DNA from: Octopus sinensis
Lineage: Eukaryota
Reading direction: 5' to 3'
Length of the DNA stretch: 64,000 bases
Assembly: GCF_006345805.1 (NCBI RefSeq)
Contig: NC_043000.1
Coordinates: 40,176,001 to 40,240,000, forward strand
Shown here: positions 36,505 to 48,915 of the stretch, in pieces
How positions within the stretch are numbered: position 1 is the stretch's first letter
How the letters are laid out: each line of letters starts with the position of its first letter
Translations under genes and position numbers: made by a program
The notes under the pieces: generated by a model
The model's input: the letters and a program-made list of their open reading frames with translations, nothing else
Told to the model about the DNA's origin: nothing
Database searches by the model: none

Positions 36505-36900
36505 TGCGGCGAACCGGAAGAATCGTTGTTAGCTCACCAAGCAAAATGCTTAGCGGCATTTCGTCTGTCTTTACGTTCTGAGTTCAAATTCCGCCGATGT
36601 TGACTTTGCCTCTCGTCCTTTCGGGGATGAAAGGCAAAATAACTACCAGCTGAGCACTGGGATCGGTGTAATCAACTAGCCCCCATCCCACAAATGTCAG
36701 GACTTGTTTCTATAGTAAAAATAATTATTTAGATGACTTAAAGTCTATAATAGAAAGAATTATTTGGGTGACTTAAGGTCGATGTGGATTTAATCGTTTT
36801 GAGGTCGATAAAATAAGTACCAGCTGAGCACCGGGGTAGACGTACTTGACTTAACCCCCTCTCCCCAAATTGTTGGCCTTGTGCTAAAATTTTACACTAA
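36505..36900 (+). mobile_element. SINE family A copy followed by a second 3'-half copy
   Basis: Full copy ~36505-36715; tail-only copy ~36775-36900. Confidence 0.8.
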
Positions 36901-36959
36901 TAGTTAAATGACTAAGTAAATCATGCGTTAAGTAGAAAATTAAGTAGAAGACTTTAAAA

Positions 36960-37260
36960 ATCGACTCCGATTACTTAATTTTAAAGCCTAGTATTTATTT
37001 TGTCGAACTTCTAAGTTATGGGGACTTAAACACACCAGCACTATTTGTCAAGCGGTGATTGGAGATGAACACAAACGCGACGATACACACATACAGATAT
37101 ACGACAAGCTTCTTTTCAGTTTCTGTCTACCAAATCCAATCCCAAGGCTGTGGACGGCCCTGTGCTATAGTAGAAGACACTTTCCCAAGGTACCACCCAG
37201 TAAGACTGACTGAACCGGGAACTAGGTGGTTGAAAGACGAATTTCTTACCACAGTCATGT
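36960..37260 (-). mobile_element. tRNA-derived SINE family C, decayed
   Basis: Reverse complement of the 26030 head plus the tail also seen at 38915-39069. Confidence 0.7.
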
Positions 37261-38914
37261 CTGATATAAACTTTTCATAAATAATCAAAACAGTCTTGGG
37301 TAGACTATGCTATGTTGATGTGATCCAATAAGGACGGAGCTTGCTCGCAGCTTCCCTCTCATCACTCGCTAACAAAGATCAAATTTTACCCTGAGCATGA
37401 GGTAGCGGGGAAAGAGGGAGAGGACATAATATCCAGGATATAATTCTTAATTTCTGAAAATTATCTCCCTTTTTCTTTGAGTATCACTAGCAATTTCGAT
37501 TATTTTTTTCTTGTTTATCTCCAACTGAAAGGGTTATTGCACTTAATTGGGTATATTTGAGTAAGTCATCAAGTGCATCCCCTCTTTATCTAACTAAACT
37601 CCTATTAACAAATTTGAATTTTTTCCCTTATTTCATCTATTTGTCTCGTCTCTGTCCCCTATCGTTAAGGCTGTATAAGGCCATTACTTAATTTAGATTG
37701 CTGATTAAAAAAAAAAAATCGTCGTTGTTTCATCTACATTTGTGTTCCCCTTTCGTACCTTTTTCCTTATTTTCTCGCGATGCACGCAGCATGTTTTCCC
37801 ACCACAGCTCTTGATTTTGCTAATTCGCTATGACCTCTTTACTTTTTCTTTTTTCCCCCACTTTCTTCTCTTTATTTTTTTTCTCCCACGCTCTCTCATT
37901 ATTTCTAATCCTTCGACCCTTTGTTTCTCTCCCCATCTCTTTTCTGCCCATTTCCTTTCCCAGCATTCCACTCTCTTCCTAATTCCATTCTCGTATCCCT
38001 TTTCTCTTTCATTACAATTCGTGTAGTGAACTATCGTTTTGCTTACCCTCATTTGCCGCTCTGACCTTATATTTCGTTTCGAACTAGCATCCATATCTTT
38101 ACATTTTCATTTTCCCGCGTCGGATACGTATACTTTGGCTTCCTTTGTTTTGTACTATTCTCATCGTAAATGACTTATCTCTACACTTTCTCGTTCCTTC
38201 TTTTTTTTCTTTTTACTTATACTGTTTCCTGTTCCACGTGTCGTTTATTTCCTTGGTGTGTTCAACTTTATTTTTACACCACCCTGAGATACCTACTAAC
38301 TTATTTTTTTAATTGTTTCAAAAAAGGATATAAAAGCTAGGCGGTAATAAATCAACTTTGAACATGCTTTGGCAAGCTTATGGTGACAAGGCAATGGGTC
38401 GTACGTAATATTTCGAGTAGCATGAACGATCTTGAAGACCTGCCACGAATGTTATCCCCGGAAATGTGGTATTGTGCATTGAGAAATTGTACCTCAGGGC
38501 CAGGCCGTCAATCGAGAGTTCTACTGTGACATTTGGAAGCGTTTGAGAGAGAACATTCGGCGAAAGCGACCGGATTTGTGGAGCGCGAAGAACTGTATTC
38601 TTCACGAAGACAATGCACCCTGTCACCGAGCTCTTTTGACTCGCGAGTTTCTCACCAAAAACAATATGGTATCGCTTCCTCACCCACCCTATTCGCCAGA
38701 TTTAGCATATGCGGACTTCCATCTGTTCCTCAAGATAAGAATGCAGCTCAAAGGTTGCCTTTTAACACCGTTGTCGAAATCAAGAGTGAATCACATAAGG
38801 TCTCGACTCGCTTACGGAAAACGACCTCCAGGCCGGATTCCAAAAGTGGCAGGAACGCTGAGACTGGTGTATTGCTGCGCAAGGTGACTGTTTTGAAGAA
38901 GCTGGTGTTAAAAC

Positions 38915-39069
38915 TTTACTGTTTTACTTGTTTCAGTCATTTGACTGCGGCCATGGTGGAGCACCGCTCTTAGTCGAACAATTCGACCCCGGGACTTATT
39001 CTTTGTAAGCCTAGTACTTATTCTATCGGTCTCTTTTGCCGAACCGCTAAGTGACGGGGACTGTGTGAC
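38915..39069 (-). mobile_element. SINE family C 3' tail fused directly downstream of the 5S copy
   Basis: Minus strand GTCCCCGTCACTTAGCGGTTCGGCAAAAGAGACCGATAGAATAAGTAC...GGCCGCAGTCAAATGACTGAAACAAGTAAAA; same tail at 36960-37050. Confidence 0.85.
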
Positions 39070-39187
39070 GCTTACATCGCCTAGGTTTCCCAAGCGGTCA
39101 CCTATCTAAGTACTAACTAGGCTCGACGTTGCTTAACTTCGGTGATCGGACGAGAACCGGTGCTTTCAACGTGATATGGCCGTAAAG
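39070..39187 (-). pseudogene. Near full-length 5S rRNA copy (118 nt), retroposed or SINE3-like head
   Basis: Minus strand TTACGGCCATATCACGTTGAAAGCACCGGTTCTCGTCCGATCACCGAAGTTAAGCAACGTCGAGCCTAGTTAGTACTTAGATAGGTGACCGCTTGGGAAACCTAGGCGATGTAAGC matches metazoan 5S; terminal helix largely retained; no oligo-T terminator. Confidence 0.92.
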
Positions 39188-39242
39188 TTATTTTAATATT
39201 AAGCATAACTAGTCTGGGAACCTTTGATACCACCTCATACAC

Positions 39243-39277
<35 letters not shown>

Positions 39278-39794
39278 TGAAGAAACGGAAAAAAAGGGGG
39301 TACTGAACACATTTAGTAGGAGCTACATTTATTATTACATAAAACAATTTGATTTGGCCCCATGCAATAGATTTCGTAGGCTCATCACAAAAAATTAGCT
39401 CGTGGGGCCCAGACGGCCGAATGTATATATGATAGTTTTCATCAGTTTCGATGAAGAGAATTCAGTTGCTTGATCTACCAAATTACTTGCTCTTGAATTA
39501 ATATGAATGTGGCTGCGCATCTTTAGACACGTATTAAATTATCATAATTCTTTTGAATTAGTTATATTCCACCCAACATGCTTCAGTACGGTTTTACTCT
39601 AGCCAATTTTATTCACATGGTATTGCAACTAAAATGTGCCCCAGATTCCACGCAGTGGGACTAAACCCGTGGCCTCGTTGATGAGAAGCGAATCTCTCAA
39701 ACTACTGAACCATACTGCATCCCCATACACAAAAACACGTATGGATACACACGCACGCCTGTGCACACACAGACGCAAACAAACAAACACTTAA

Positions 39795-39878
<84 letters not shown>

Positions 39879-41329
39879 CTTACTGAACGTTCGTACAATC
39901 ATAAAAAGCAGTGGGTAAGAGTAACAACAGCTTCTTTCTGTTGTCTCCCTTTAGTACATATTCTTGCTTTGAAGGCCCCATTGTAACCGTCGCCATCGTC
40001 ATTACCACTACCTCAACTACCACCACCATTAACAACAGCAATATCGCCACCGTCGCCACCACCGTTAGCCCCAACACCAATATCATTACCGTTTATCCAC
40101 CACCCTTATCAATACCACCACTATCCTTTCAACAACACTTCATCACCATCGTTCTGGCAGCCTGTCCATTACGTGATCAGAATTGATTATATTACCAGAA
40201 TGTTATCTGAAGCCTTGAAGAGAAGCCAGTGTACTTATTACATTTTTTTTATCTACAAGAGCAGGAATATACAGGGCATGTTTGCCTCCGATTCTGATAT
40301 TTCACACAAAATTCTTTGCCTTGCAATTCCCTCTACAATGAATTTCTTTATGCTATCGGCCCTTCCTGCTTCCTTTTCTTTCGTTCCTACTGCTGTTGTT
40401 ACCGTTTTTATTATATTTTTTTCTTCATTTTCGTCGTCATCGTCGTTGTCGTTGTCAATGCTGGCATTACTACCCATGCCTTCACTACCTCTGCCTTCCA
40501 CCAGCATCCTATTTAGTATTTAATTTCAAGCAGGAAAAAATAGGTAAGAATGAATAAATACATATTGAAAAGAAAATATTTATCAAAACTCTAGAATGAA
40601 AATAAACGAACAATAATGATGAAAATAATAATAAAACATACTAAAATAAATAAACTTTTGAAAAATCGTACCCTGTGTAAGATAAAAAAAAATGGCGGAA
40701 GATGCTGGCCGCTCACACTTCCTACACAATTGATAGTTAATGAATTATCACCCTTGTTTCCTCTTCGTTCAGAGGTAGATATTTTAAAATCAGCGTTGTC
40801 TGATAACGATATCTTGAATAATAATAATACTAATAATAAATGTAGTGAACTACAAGTTCTTTACAACGAGGACAAACCTTCATCTGTATATGTCCTACTT
40901 TAACAATATTATCGTCTTCAGTGAAGCAGGCATTTCGGCATTCCATTTATTTTATTTGTTCGTCAGAAAAATGGCGCCTGTCGTCTGCGAATTCAATGGA
41001 AGTTGTTTAAAATGCAAAGCTAAGTGCAGTTGAACGAACTCAGAAAAATACTCCATATTTAGACAATGTTGTTATTCTTACTATTTTCGTTATATTACTT
41101 ACTATATTAAGAGCAGTAGGTGGCAGAATCGGTAGAGTGGTGGAGAAAACGAGTCGAAATAATGAATTTAACTACTTTCTTAGTTCAAATACGTTCGTAA
41201 TCAGCTTCACCTTTCATTTTTTAGGGCTTGATAAACGACTAGTCAAACACTGAGATCGACTATACCAACCCAAATGTTTGACCTTGTTACAATTTGTTTG
41301 AAAATATTATTATTGTTCAGTAGTTTTAT

Positions 41330-41830
41330 TTTTATCATTTGCTTTCACTGGAATACTGAGGGCAGCTAGGTGTGCCTTGGGTATGCGCTGTGGTTTGTTT
41401 TGATGTTATTTCCACTGAATTGAAAGTACTTCACGTAGGATATGTGTGGTGCCTAGTAGTACTATTTTCTTTATCTTATATATATTCCTAATTCCTGGTG
41501 TTTTGGTTATACATTTTCATTTTTTTAAAATTATACCTAATGTATTTACTATTATAGGAATTATTTCAGTTCTTAAGCTCTACATTTGGGTTATCTCAAT
41601 TTCCAGATATTTGTATTTTGAGAGTTTCTCCGTTTCTTTTAGAAATTCATTGTCATCTGTTGGAACTGAGACGTCGATTAGAAGGTATTTTTCTTGCTAA
41701 AATCTGAGAACTATATTCGGTCTATTAGCTTTGATCTCTCTATCTGTGTGTATTGGCATATCCCAGAGTATAGTTGCCTTGTCATTATCTGAAGCTTTAC
41801 TGGGACATGACTGTACCCTCTTTTTTCTGT
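41330..41830 (-). mobile_element. Dong/R4-like LINE 3' end (RLE domain)
   Basis: ILWDMPIHTDREIKANRPNIV...LLIDVSVPTDDN...KETEKLSKYK...IIPIIV, then the family 3' UTR. Confidence 0.85.
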
Positions 41831-41884
41831 TGTCATTCCATAGTATTGGCATAGCTTCCAGGGTCTATAGGTCTTGTTATTATT

Positions 41885-42050
41885 ATTCGAGCTGGCAGAA
41901 TCGTTAGCACGCCGGGCAAAGTGCTTAGCGGCATTTCGCTAAGTTCAAATTCCGCCGAGGTCGACTTTGTCTTTAATCCTTTCGGATAACTACCTATGAA
42001 GCACTGGGATCGATGTAATCGATTATCCCCCCCCCCCAAATTTCAGGCCA
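41885..42050 (+). mobile_element. tRNA-derived SINE, family A
   Basis: Aligns with 22815-23020. Confidence 0.8.
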
Positions 42051-42059
42051 GACATAACG

Positions 42060-42109
<50 letters not shown>

Positions 42110-42113
<4 letters not shown>

Positions 42114-42368
42114 TAGTTTTATTTTTATAGCGTGCTTTCACTTCACTACCGAGCGCAGCTCTGTGTGCCTTGGGTATATGTTGTGATTTTTTGTGATGCT
42201 CTGATGGTTATTGTATGGAAAGTGTTCTGTGTAGGATGTGTGCAGTGCCTAGTAGTGCAATTTTCTGTATGTTATATGTGTTTGTAAGTCCTGGTGTTTT
42301 TGTTATGTATTTGTTTGAATATTTTTTTATCATGCCTAATGCACCTACTATGATAGGAATTGTTTCTG

Positions 42369-42372
<4 letters not shown>
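42110..42372 (-). mobile_element. Dong/R4-like LINE 3' end with (AAT)n on both sides
   Basis: KTETIPIIVGALGMIKK...IQKIALLGTAHILHRTLSIQ* plus 3' UTR, between arrays at 42058-42110 and 42372-42436. Confidence 0.88.
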
Positions 42373-42435
<63 letters not shown>

Positions 42436-42438
<3 letters not shown>

Positions 42439-42810
42439 TTTAACTTCCTCCCACAGGGGGAGGGGATCTCCATTTTTCCATACATGATCAGCTATACCTG
42501 ATTTAATAATATCTCCTCGTGTCACAGCTTTGCACTGTTCGTCTTCCCTTATTTTGAATGGGGCGGCATGTTTCACCTTTGTATAACCTACCACAGCTGC
42601 ATGGGATGGAGTGCACGCAGTCTTTGATCATATTCTCTTCTATTTATGGTTTTACTCGAAGGAGATATTTGCTAAGTGTTGTATTACTCTTGAATACTGT
42701 CCTGATGTCATATGGGCCACATATCTTTTGTATCTTTTCGGAGAGGCCTTTCCCTTAGCGTAGACAGACTGCGGACAGTTTATTGGTTTCATCCTCTCTT
42801 TTCTTCATAA
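42436..42810 (-). mobile_element. Penelope/Poseidon-type fragment (linker plus GIY-YIG), same family as 11600-11955
   Basis: KGLSEKIQKICGPYDIRTVFKS...DCVHSIPCSCGRLYKGETCRP...KSGIADHVWKNGDPLPLWEEVK. Confidence 0.88.
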
Positions 42811-43841
42811 TTATGAAGAGAGGATGAAACCAATAAACTGTCCACAGTCTGTTTGAATATCGCAAAGAATTTGAATAAATCTCGAACAAAATACTCATGC
42901 TGACAGCGCAATTGTACACAGGAATACATTTTATAACGCTTCTCTAACTTTGAGGCAATAAGGGGTAGCAAGTGCGTCAAAATTATCTTTAACCAAGAAA
43001 GACAACGACCGATTTTCGAACACAAAATATCTCTATTCTAAAAGCGTGTCTGTGCGTATATGCATAGCATTCATGTATGTGTGTAAGTAATAAATATTCA
43101 TACATAAATACAGACATACACATATATTATATATACATATATATATATATATATACATATACATACAAACATACACACGTGTGTATGAGTGTTTGTGCGT
43201 GGGTGTGTAAGTATATGTGATATACATGTGTATGTATGTATGTATGTATATATGTATGTTGTATGTATGCATGTAAGTAGGTAGACCTTTAAGTAGGCAG
43301 GTAGGTCGGTAGGTAAGAATGTTCGTATAACTTGTATGTGCGTGAGTACGTTTATGTATGTGTATATGCACGTGTTGGTCTCTGTCTGTCCGCGAATGTT
43401 ACTAATAGGATAAAATTAAAGCAAAAAGAAAATATAATACCAACAAAAGAAACGAGAGAGAGAGGGGGAGGGGAGAAAGAGAACAAGGAAAAAAAGAACC
43501 AAAATAAAATGAGAAATTGATGAAAGGAATAAATATTTGTAAACTATACGTATTTTCCAGAACTTCACTCTGTTATTTCAGACACCAATCCTCCCATTCT
43601 TCCACCCCTGCCATTCTACATCATTTTCCAACTCAGACATCATCTTACCAACTCCATCAAATAACATGAAAGAACTGTTAACATTATTCTGTTTAGGTTT
43701 CATTGAATTACTTTAAGTTTACATTTTTTTCGTGGTTAATAGTGTTATTGTTATCAAGAATCACTCTTGTGGCAATAACATGAAATTTTTTCTTCTTCTT
43801 CTTCTCTTCTTCTTCTTCTTCTTCTTCTTCTTCTTCTTCTT

Positions 43842-43934
<93 letters not shown>

Positions 43935-43936
<2 letters not shown>

Positions 43937-44140
43937 GGCAGTAAGCTACTGGAAGAGTCGTTTAGGCACAGGACAAAATGGTTAGTGCATTTCGTCCGGC
44001 TTCACATCCTAAGTTCAAATTTCGCCGATGTTGACTTCGCATTTTATCCTTTCGATAAAATAAATACCACTTGAATACTGAGGTCAATGTAATCTACTTA
44101 CCCCCTTCACTAAAATCACTAGCCTGGTGCCGAAATTTGA
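43935..44140 (+). mobile_element. tRNA-derived SINE, family A (diverged)
   Basis: Aligns with the family A consensus. Confidence 0.7.
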
Positions 44141-44179
44141 AATCATCATCATCATCCTTATTGTTATTATTATTATTAT

Positions 44180-44645
44180 TGAGTGAGAGAGCAGTGCATG
44201 CCATCAAAGTGACACTGGGGTAAAATATACGAAGCCCAATATACCCATCATGACTACCCGTCTGATAAAGGTACACCAGGCACATGCATCACAACCATAT
44301 GTGCGCGACATGGTGATCTCATATCAAGATAAACAGCACATGACCTTGCAGGTGGGGCCCAGTTAGAATTTTTTTCAGGTTGAGTAGCCCATCCCGCTCA
44401 AAAGGTCTCTGAATAAGGGTTGTTTAAGGATGTTGAAAGAACCACCCATGTTTCCAGAGGTGAATTATTCAAACCCCAAAGAATCCCCCCCAACACATGG
44501 CCATGATGCTCCCCCACTACTTCTGCTCGTGATCAGAGATGCACATATCGTCAGCCACTAAGGGACATGCTCAACTGGTTAAGGTCAAACAGCTGACAAG
44601 CAAATCTGTGGTATTGAGCAGAATATTTGCTGTAGCCCATCTTTT
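44180..44645 (-). mobile_element. ~460-bp non-coding retroelement embedded in (TAA)n
   Basis: Reverse complement of 52030-52500; (ATT)n on both sides; no ORF. Confidence 0.85.
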
Positions 44646-44659
44646 TATTATTATTATTA

Positions 44660-44710
<51 letters not shown>

Positions 44711-44769
44711 TATTATTATTATTATATTATTATTATTATTTTATTATTATTATTATTATTATTATAATT

Positions 44770-44803
<34 letters not shown>

Positions 44804-44817
44804 CCATCATTATTACC

Positions 44818-44980
44818 GAGGCAGCAAGCTGGCAGAAACTTTATCACACCGGGTAAAATGCTTTGCGGTATTTCGTGCGTCTTTACGTTCTGAGTTCAAA
44901 CTCTGCTGAGGTCGACTTTACCTTTCTTTCTTTCGAGGTTGATAAAGTAAGTCAGGCCTTGCGCCAAAATTTGAAACCTT
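44818..44980 (+). mobile_element. tRNA-derived SINE, family A with a 3' deletion
   Basis: Head and B-box region align with family A. Confidence 0.75.
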
Positions 44981-45289
44981 TATCACTATTATTGCTAAAC
45001 ATGTTATTGTAAGTGAACGTACCCACTTCACCCTTTCTGTGCTTTTTGCGTTCTGATATTAATACTTTTCTATGTTCAAAAGAAAAACGTTGTTTTTGGA
45101 TATTTTGCTCAGAGAAACACAGGAGAAAATTTCAGTGTTATCTTGGGGGTGTAAGAAATATGGTTTGTCCTTCAACATTTTATACACAGACAGACACAGA
45201 CACACACACACACGCGCACGCTCACATACATATTGTTGATTTGGAGTCTTTAGTTGTGTAGATTTTTTGAAGAATATTTAGGTAAGTAG

Positions 45290-45690
45290 TGGGATGCAGC
45301 TGACGAGAGCTAGAAGACCATCATCCCGGTATAAGCCGCCCCCGACCTCAGAAAATAGGTCTTTGATGTTATATAAGAAGTAAACACCGGTGATATTTCT
45401 AGTCTCAGTCGAGTCGGTAGCACACGTACTAACACCGAAGGGAATGCTAGAGTGTGTGCTAATCAAGATAGAATGGTTGTATTGAGCGAAAGTTTGGCGG
45501 GAAAGTAGGATGACGTCAATTTCTTGGTCTGAGACAGGTATGACAATTTTGGCATTGTTTACTGGTTTGATAAGAAGTGGTTCAGTTATGAAAGAGTAGT
45601 AGCTATTGGTATAAAATTGGAAACACTTGATATAGCTTTGAAACAGTTGATGACTTTTAGTGTTGTTTCACTAACAGGACCCGTGAATAT
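45290..45690 (-). mobile_element. Naiad-type Penelope-like RT fragment
   Basis: ITEPLLIK...SDQEIDVILLSRQT and IPFGV...GVYFLYNIKDLFSEVGGGLYRDDGLL (YRDDGL catalytic motif). Confidence 0.75.
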
Positions 45691-46748
45691 TTCACGGAAT
45701 TAAAGGTAAACGTATTGGGTTATTTCTGAAAACTTTATCCAAAAAAAAAAAACCTGAAAGCATAGCCTGTATTCTGTCTGTATGGAAAGACAGTTGCTCA
45801 TCTGTCACTCAGTGAAAAGTGAAAGAAATTGGAATACGACGATTTCTTAATACACTTTATATATTTTATGCACAATTTTATAGACTTAATACGCAGCGTT
45901 AATAACATCAACATTCACTCTTATTTTTCCATTTTTCCCTCAAGGGAAAAATATCCCGTACATATGATACAACCTTTAGTAACATATATCTATTACATAA
46001 ATAAACGTGAATATTTCACGGAATAGCACTTATGCGCATGCGTTAAGTGATAGGTGATATAAAAAAAACTAAGTTCCAATTTAAAAAATTCACTTATCAC
46101 TATCCATTTTCTACCACCACTACCATCACCATCATCATCTCTCTCCCCTCTTTCTCTCCATCCTCTCTCTTTTTCTCCCATCTCTCTCTGTGCCTTTCTT
46201 TAATCTCACCATCAGAGCATCACCTCTCTGCTACAATGATTACGTTACCCCCTAGCTCACGTCATGGACGTTTCTCTTTCTCTCTTTTTTCTCTTCGTCT
46301 TTCTCTCTGTCTATTTTTCTTTCTCTCTCTTTCTGTCTCACTCTTCGCCTTATCCTTTTTATCTTTCTCCTCTCTTTCCCTTCAACTAGTCACGTGAAAG
46401 CGTTACAATTCCATTCACTCTACTTCATGTTATAGACGCTTCTCTCTCCCTCTTTCCCCCTCTCTGTTTTGCTTTCTCCTTATTTTTCTCTCATCACGTG
46501 AAAGCGTTACTGACGGGTTAAGTAACGCAATGACAAACATAATTATTATAAGATACTGATACATGTGATACACTCATAACATCTAGAATGATCTTGTCTC
46601 ATATGTCTGAAAATATGTTTTCGTAGATCCGTGTTCTTTTCTGGTGGAGAGATTAGTGCAAGGTTTATTACTGAAATTATGTTTTTAGTCCTTAAAGCTG
46701 AAAATCGGTTGCGGGGAAATTCAAACATTCACTTCTGTCCAAGTTTTA

Positions 46749-46793
<45 letters not shown>

Positions 46794-47513
46794 ACACAGA
46801 CACACACAGACACAGACACACAGACACACACACATCCACATTTACGCACCCACACAATACATATGTATGCATGATTTTGCGCATGTATTTGTACTACGTA
46901 TGTATGTGTGTATATATATGTGTGTATGTATGTATGTGTGTTTATGTACGTATGTATATATGTATCTATGTATGTATGTGTTTATGTATTTATGTATGCA
47001 TACAAAGATAGCTCAACACAGGCCATTTAGAAGGAGCTTTATCATTTAAATTATACATATTTGTATTTTTATTTGTTACAATTATATTTTTCAATATTTC
47101 TAATATTACTTACTAATTTATTGCATACACATACACACGCACTCACAGTCACACACACACAAACACACACACACTCACAGATACACACACACACGTGAAT
47201 ATCAAGACTCCGTGCAAGGGTGTTTGTACCTGATATTCCTGCAGTTTGTGCAAACAACGCAACCCAGCTGAGTAAAGATATCTACCCTTGGTAATTCACA
47301 CATGTGTTTTTTTTTAAAGGCACTTCCTATATTATTTCCTAAGTGCAGATTCCAAGTTAGGTGAATATAATATAAATGAGGAACAAAGATGTACAGGCAT
47401 CAATTCATTATGGCCGTTTCAAGCAACTCCTTAAATTGATTAATATGAAAATATTACATTATTTGAAAGAAACCGTTCTCGGCAGATGACCGTATAGTCT
47501 TCAGACATTGTTA

Positions 47514-47555
<42 letters not shown>

Positions 47556-47724
47556 AATTGAGATAGGTGTTGTAAATGCAACCCTCTATGGGATAACGTA
47601 TATCCAATATACTGCTAGTGAAGTACCCAACAAAGTTAATACATAAATGTTAATGATTGCGATGCAATCAATTCATTTACTGTATTATATGGGCAAAGGT
47701 AAAATGATTTACCACAAATTACTA

Positions 47725-48220
47725 ATACAAGATAAGAAAATGGAGAAATACATCTAAATCAAATATCAATTACCAGATAATACTCAATCAGATACTTTAT
47801 TAAACCACCACATAAGAGACTGTAGGGTTAAATATAAAAAGCAGAACAAATCAGTGGACATAAAGGAATGTACATAAAAAAGTGTACATAAAAGAGTAAT
47901 GTTGTATAATAAGTAGAATATATATAAAAAAGAATATAAATACAAGTAAATATAAACATAAGCATACATTCTAATGTATGGTTATATTTATATTTATATT
48001 TACTTGTATTTATATTCTTTTTTATATATATTCTAATTATTATACAACATTACTCTTTTATGTACACTTTTTTATGTACATTCCTTTATGTACACTGATT
48101 TGTTCTGCTTTTTATATTTAACCCTACAGTCTCTTATGTGGTGGTTTAATAAAGTATGTGAGTATTATCTGGTAATTGATATTTGATTTAGATGTGTTTC
48201 TCCATTTTCTTATCTTGTAT
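47725..48220. repeat. Near-perfect palindrome, ~245-bp arms, 2-nt loop
   Basis: Centre CATACATT-ct-AATGTATG (~47967-47984); arms differ by a few substitutions and indels. Confidence 0.92.
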
Positions 48221-48286
48221 ATATATATTCTATATATATCTATATATATATATATATATGGGACTCCAGCATAAAAGAATATAAAA

Positions 48287-48356
<70 letters not shown>

Positions 48357-48880
48357 AAATAATAAATAAAAACATATATGTACGTACTACCTCACATGTA
48401 TATATACATGCATATAAGGGTACAGGACACCCAAAAAAAAACGTCGAACACACAATGAGAAACGAAAACATAAACACAAAACCAAGGAACTGGACATTTT
48501 TCTTAAACAACGAAAAGATAGAGTACAGGACAAATAACACAAGGAAAATTCCCCTTCTTCAGTCGCCATGGTTTCATCTACTCTGCGTTTCGAAGGTGAA
48601 GGCGATACGCATCTTCGATTGAAACTTTCCTTCCCGCGAAAAGCAAATTAAATAAAATTTGAGATCTTTTTGCGGAGGGGTAAAAATGGTAACAAAAACA
48701 GGACAGTAACGACAGTACAAAATATAAACTGTAAAAGACAGGACAAGGAGAATAACAGTAACACAGACAAGAAGGGCTGTTAAGCCGAACGGGATAAAGT
48801 ATTACGAACGCTATTTTTGAGTGTGTGTGTGGTGTGTGTGTGTGTGTATGTGTGTGTGTGTGGTGTGTGTGTGTGTGTGT

Positions 48881-48915
<35 letters not shown>

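Larger units (their letters stand above)
38330..39237 (+). mobile_element. Internally deleted mariner (D,D34D) element interrupted by a 5S/SINE insertion
   Basis: Transposase C-terminus: LRENIRRKRPDLW...ILHEDNAPCH...HPPYSPDLAYADFHLFLK...WCIAAQGDCFE; right TIR-like GGAACCTTTGATACCACCTCA|TA at 39237. Confidence 0.88.

Noticed and set aside
39070-39187. Functional 5S rRNA gene
   Set aside because: Solitary, no oligo-T terminator, altered 5' end and C-box region, fused to a SINE tail inside a transposon.
42208-42594. 128-aa ORF appearing to fuse GIY-YIG and RLE sequences
   Set aside because: A Penelope fragment and a Dong/R4 3' end happen to be joined in frame through an (AAT)n array; not a dual-nuclease gene.
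44340-44450. Possible HDV-like ribozyme in the 460-bp element (P1-like CATCCT/GGGATG, CTAA before CTGGG)
   Set aside because: I could not form the required P3 helix or a G-initiated P1; not supportable without a covariance search.
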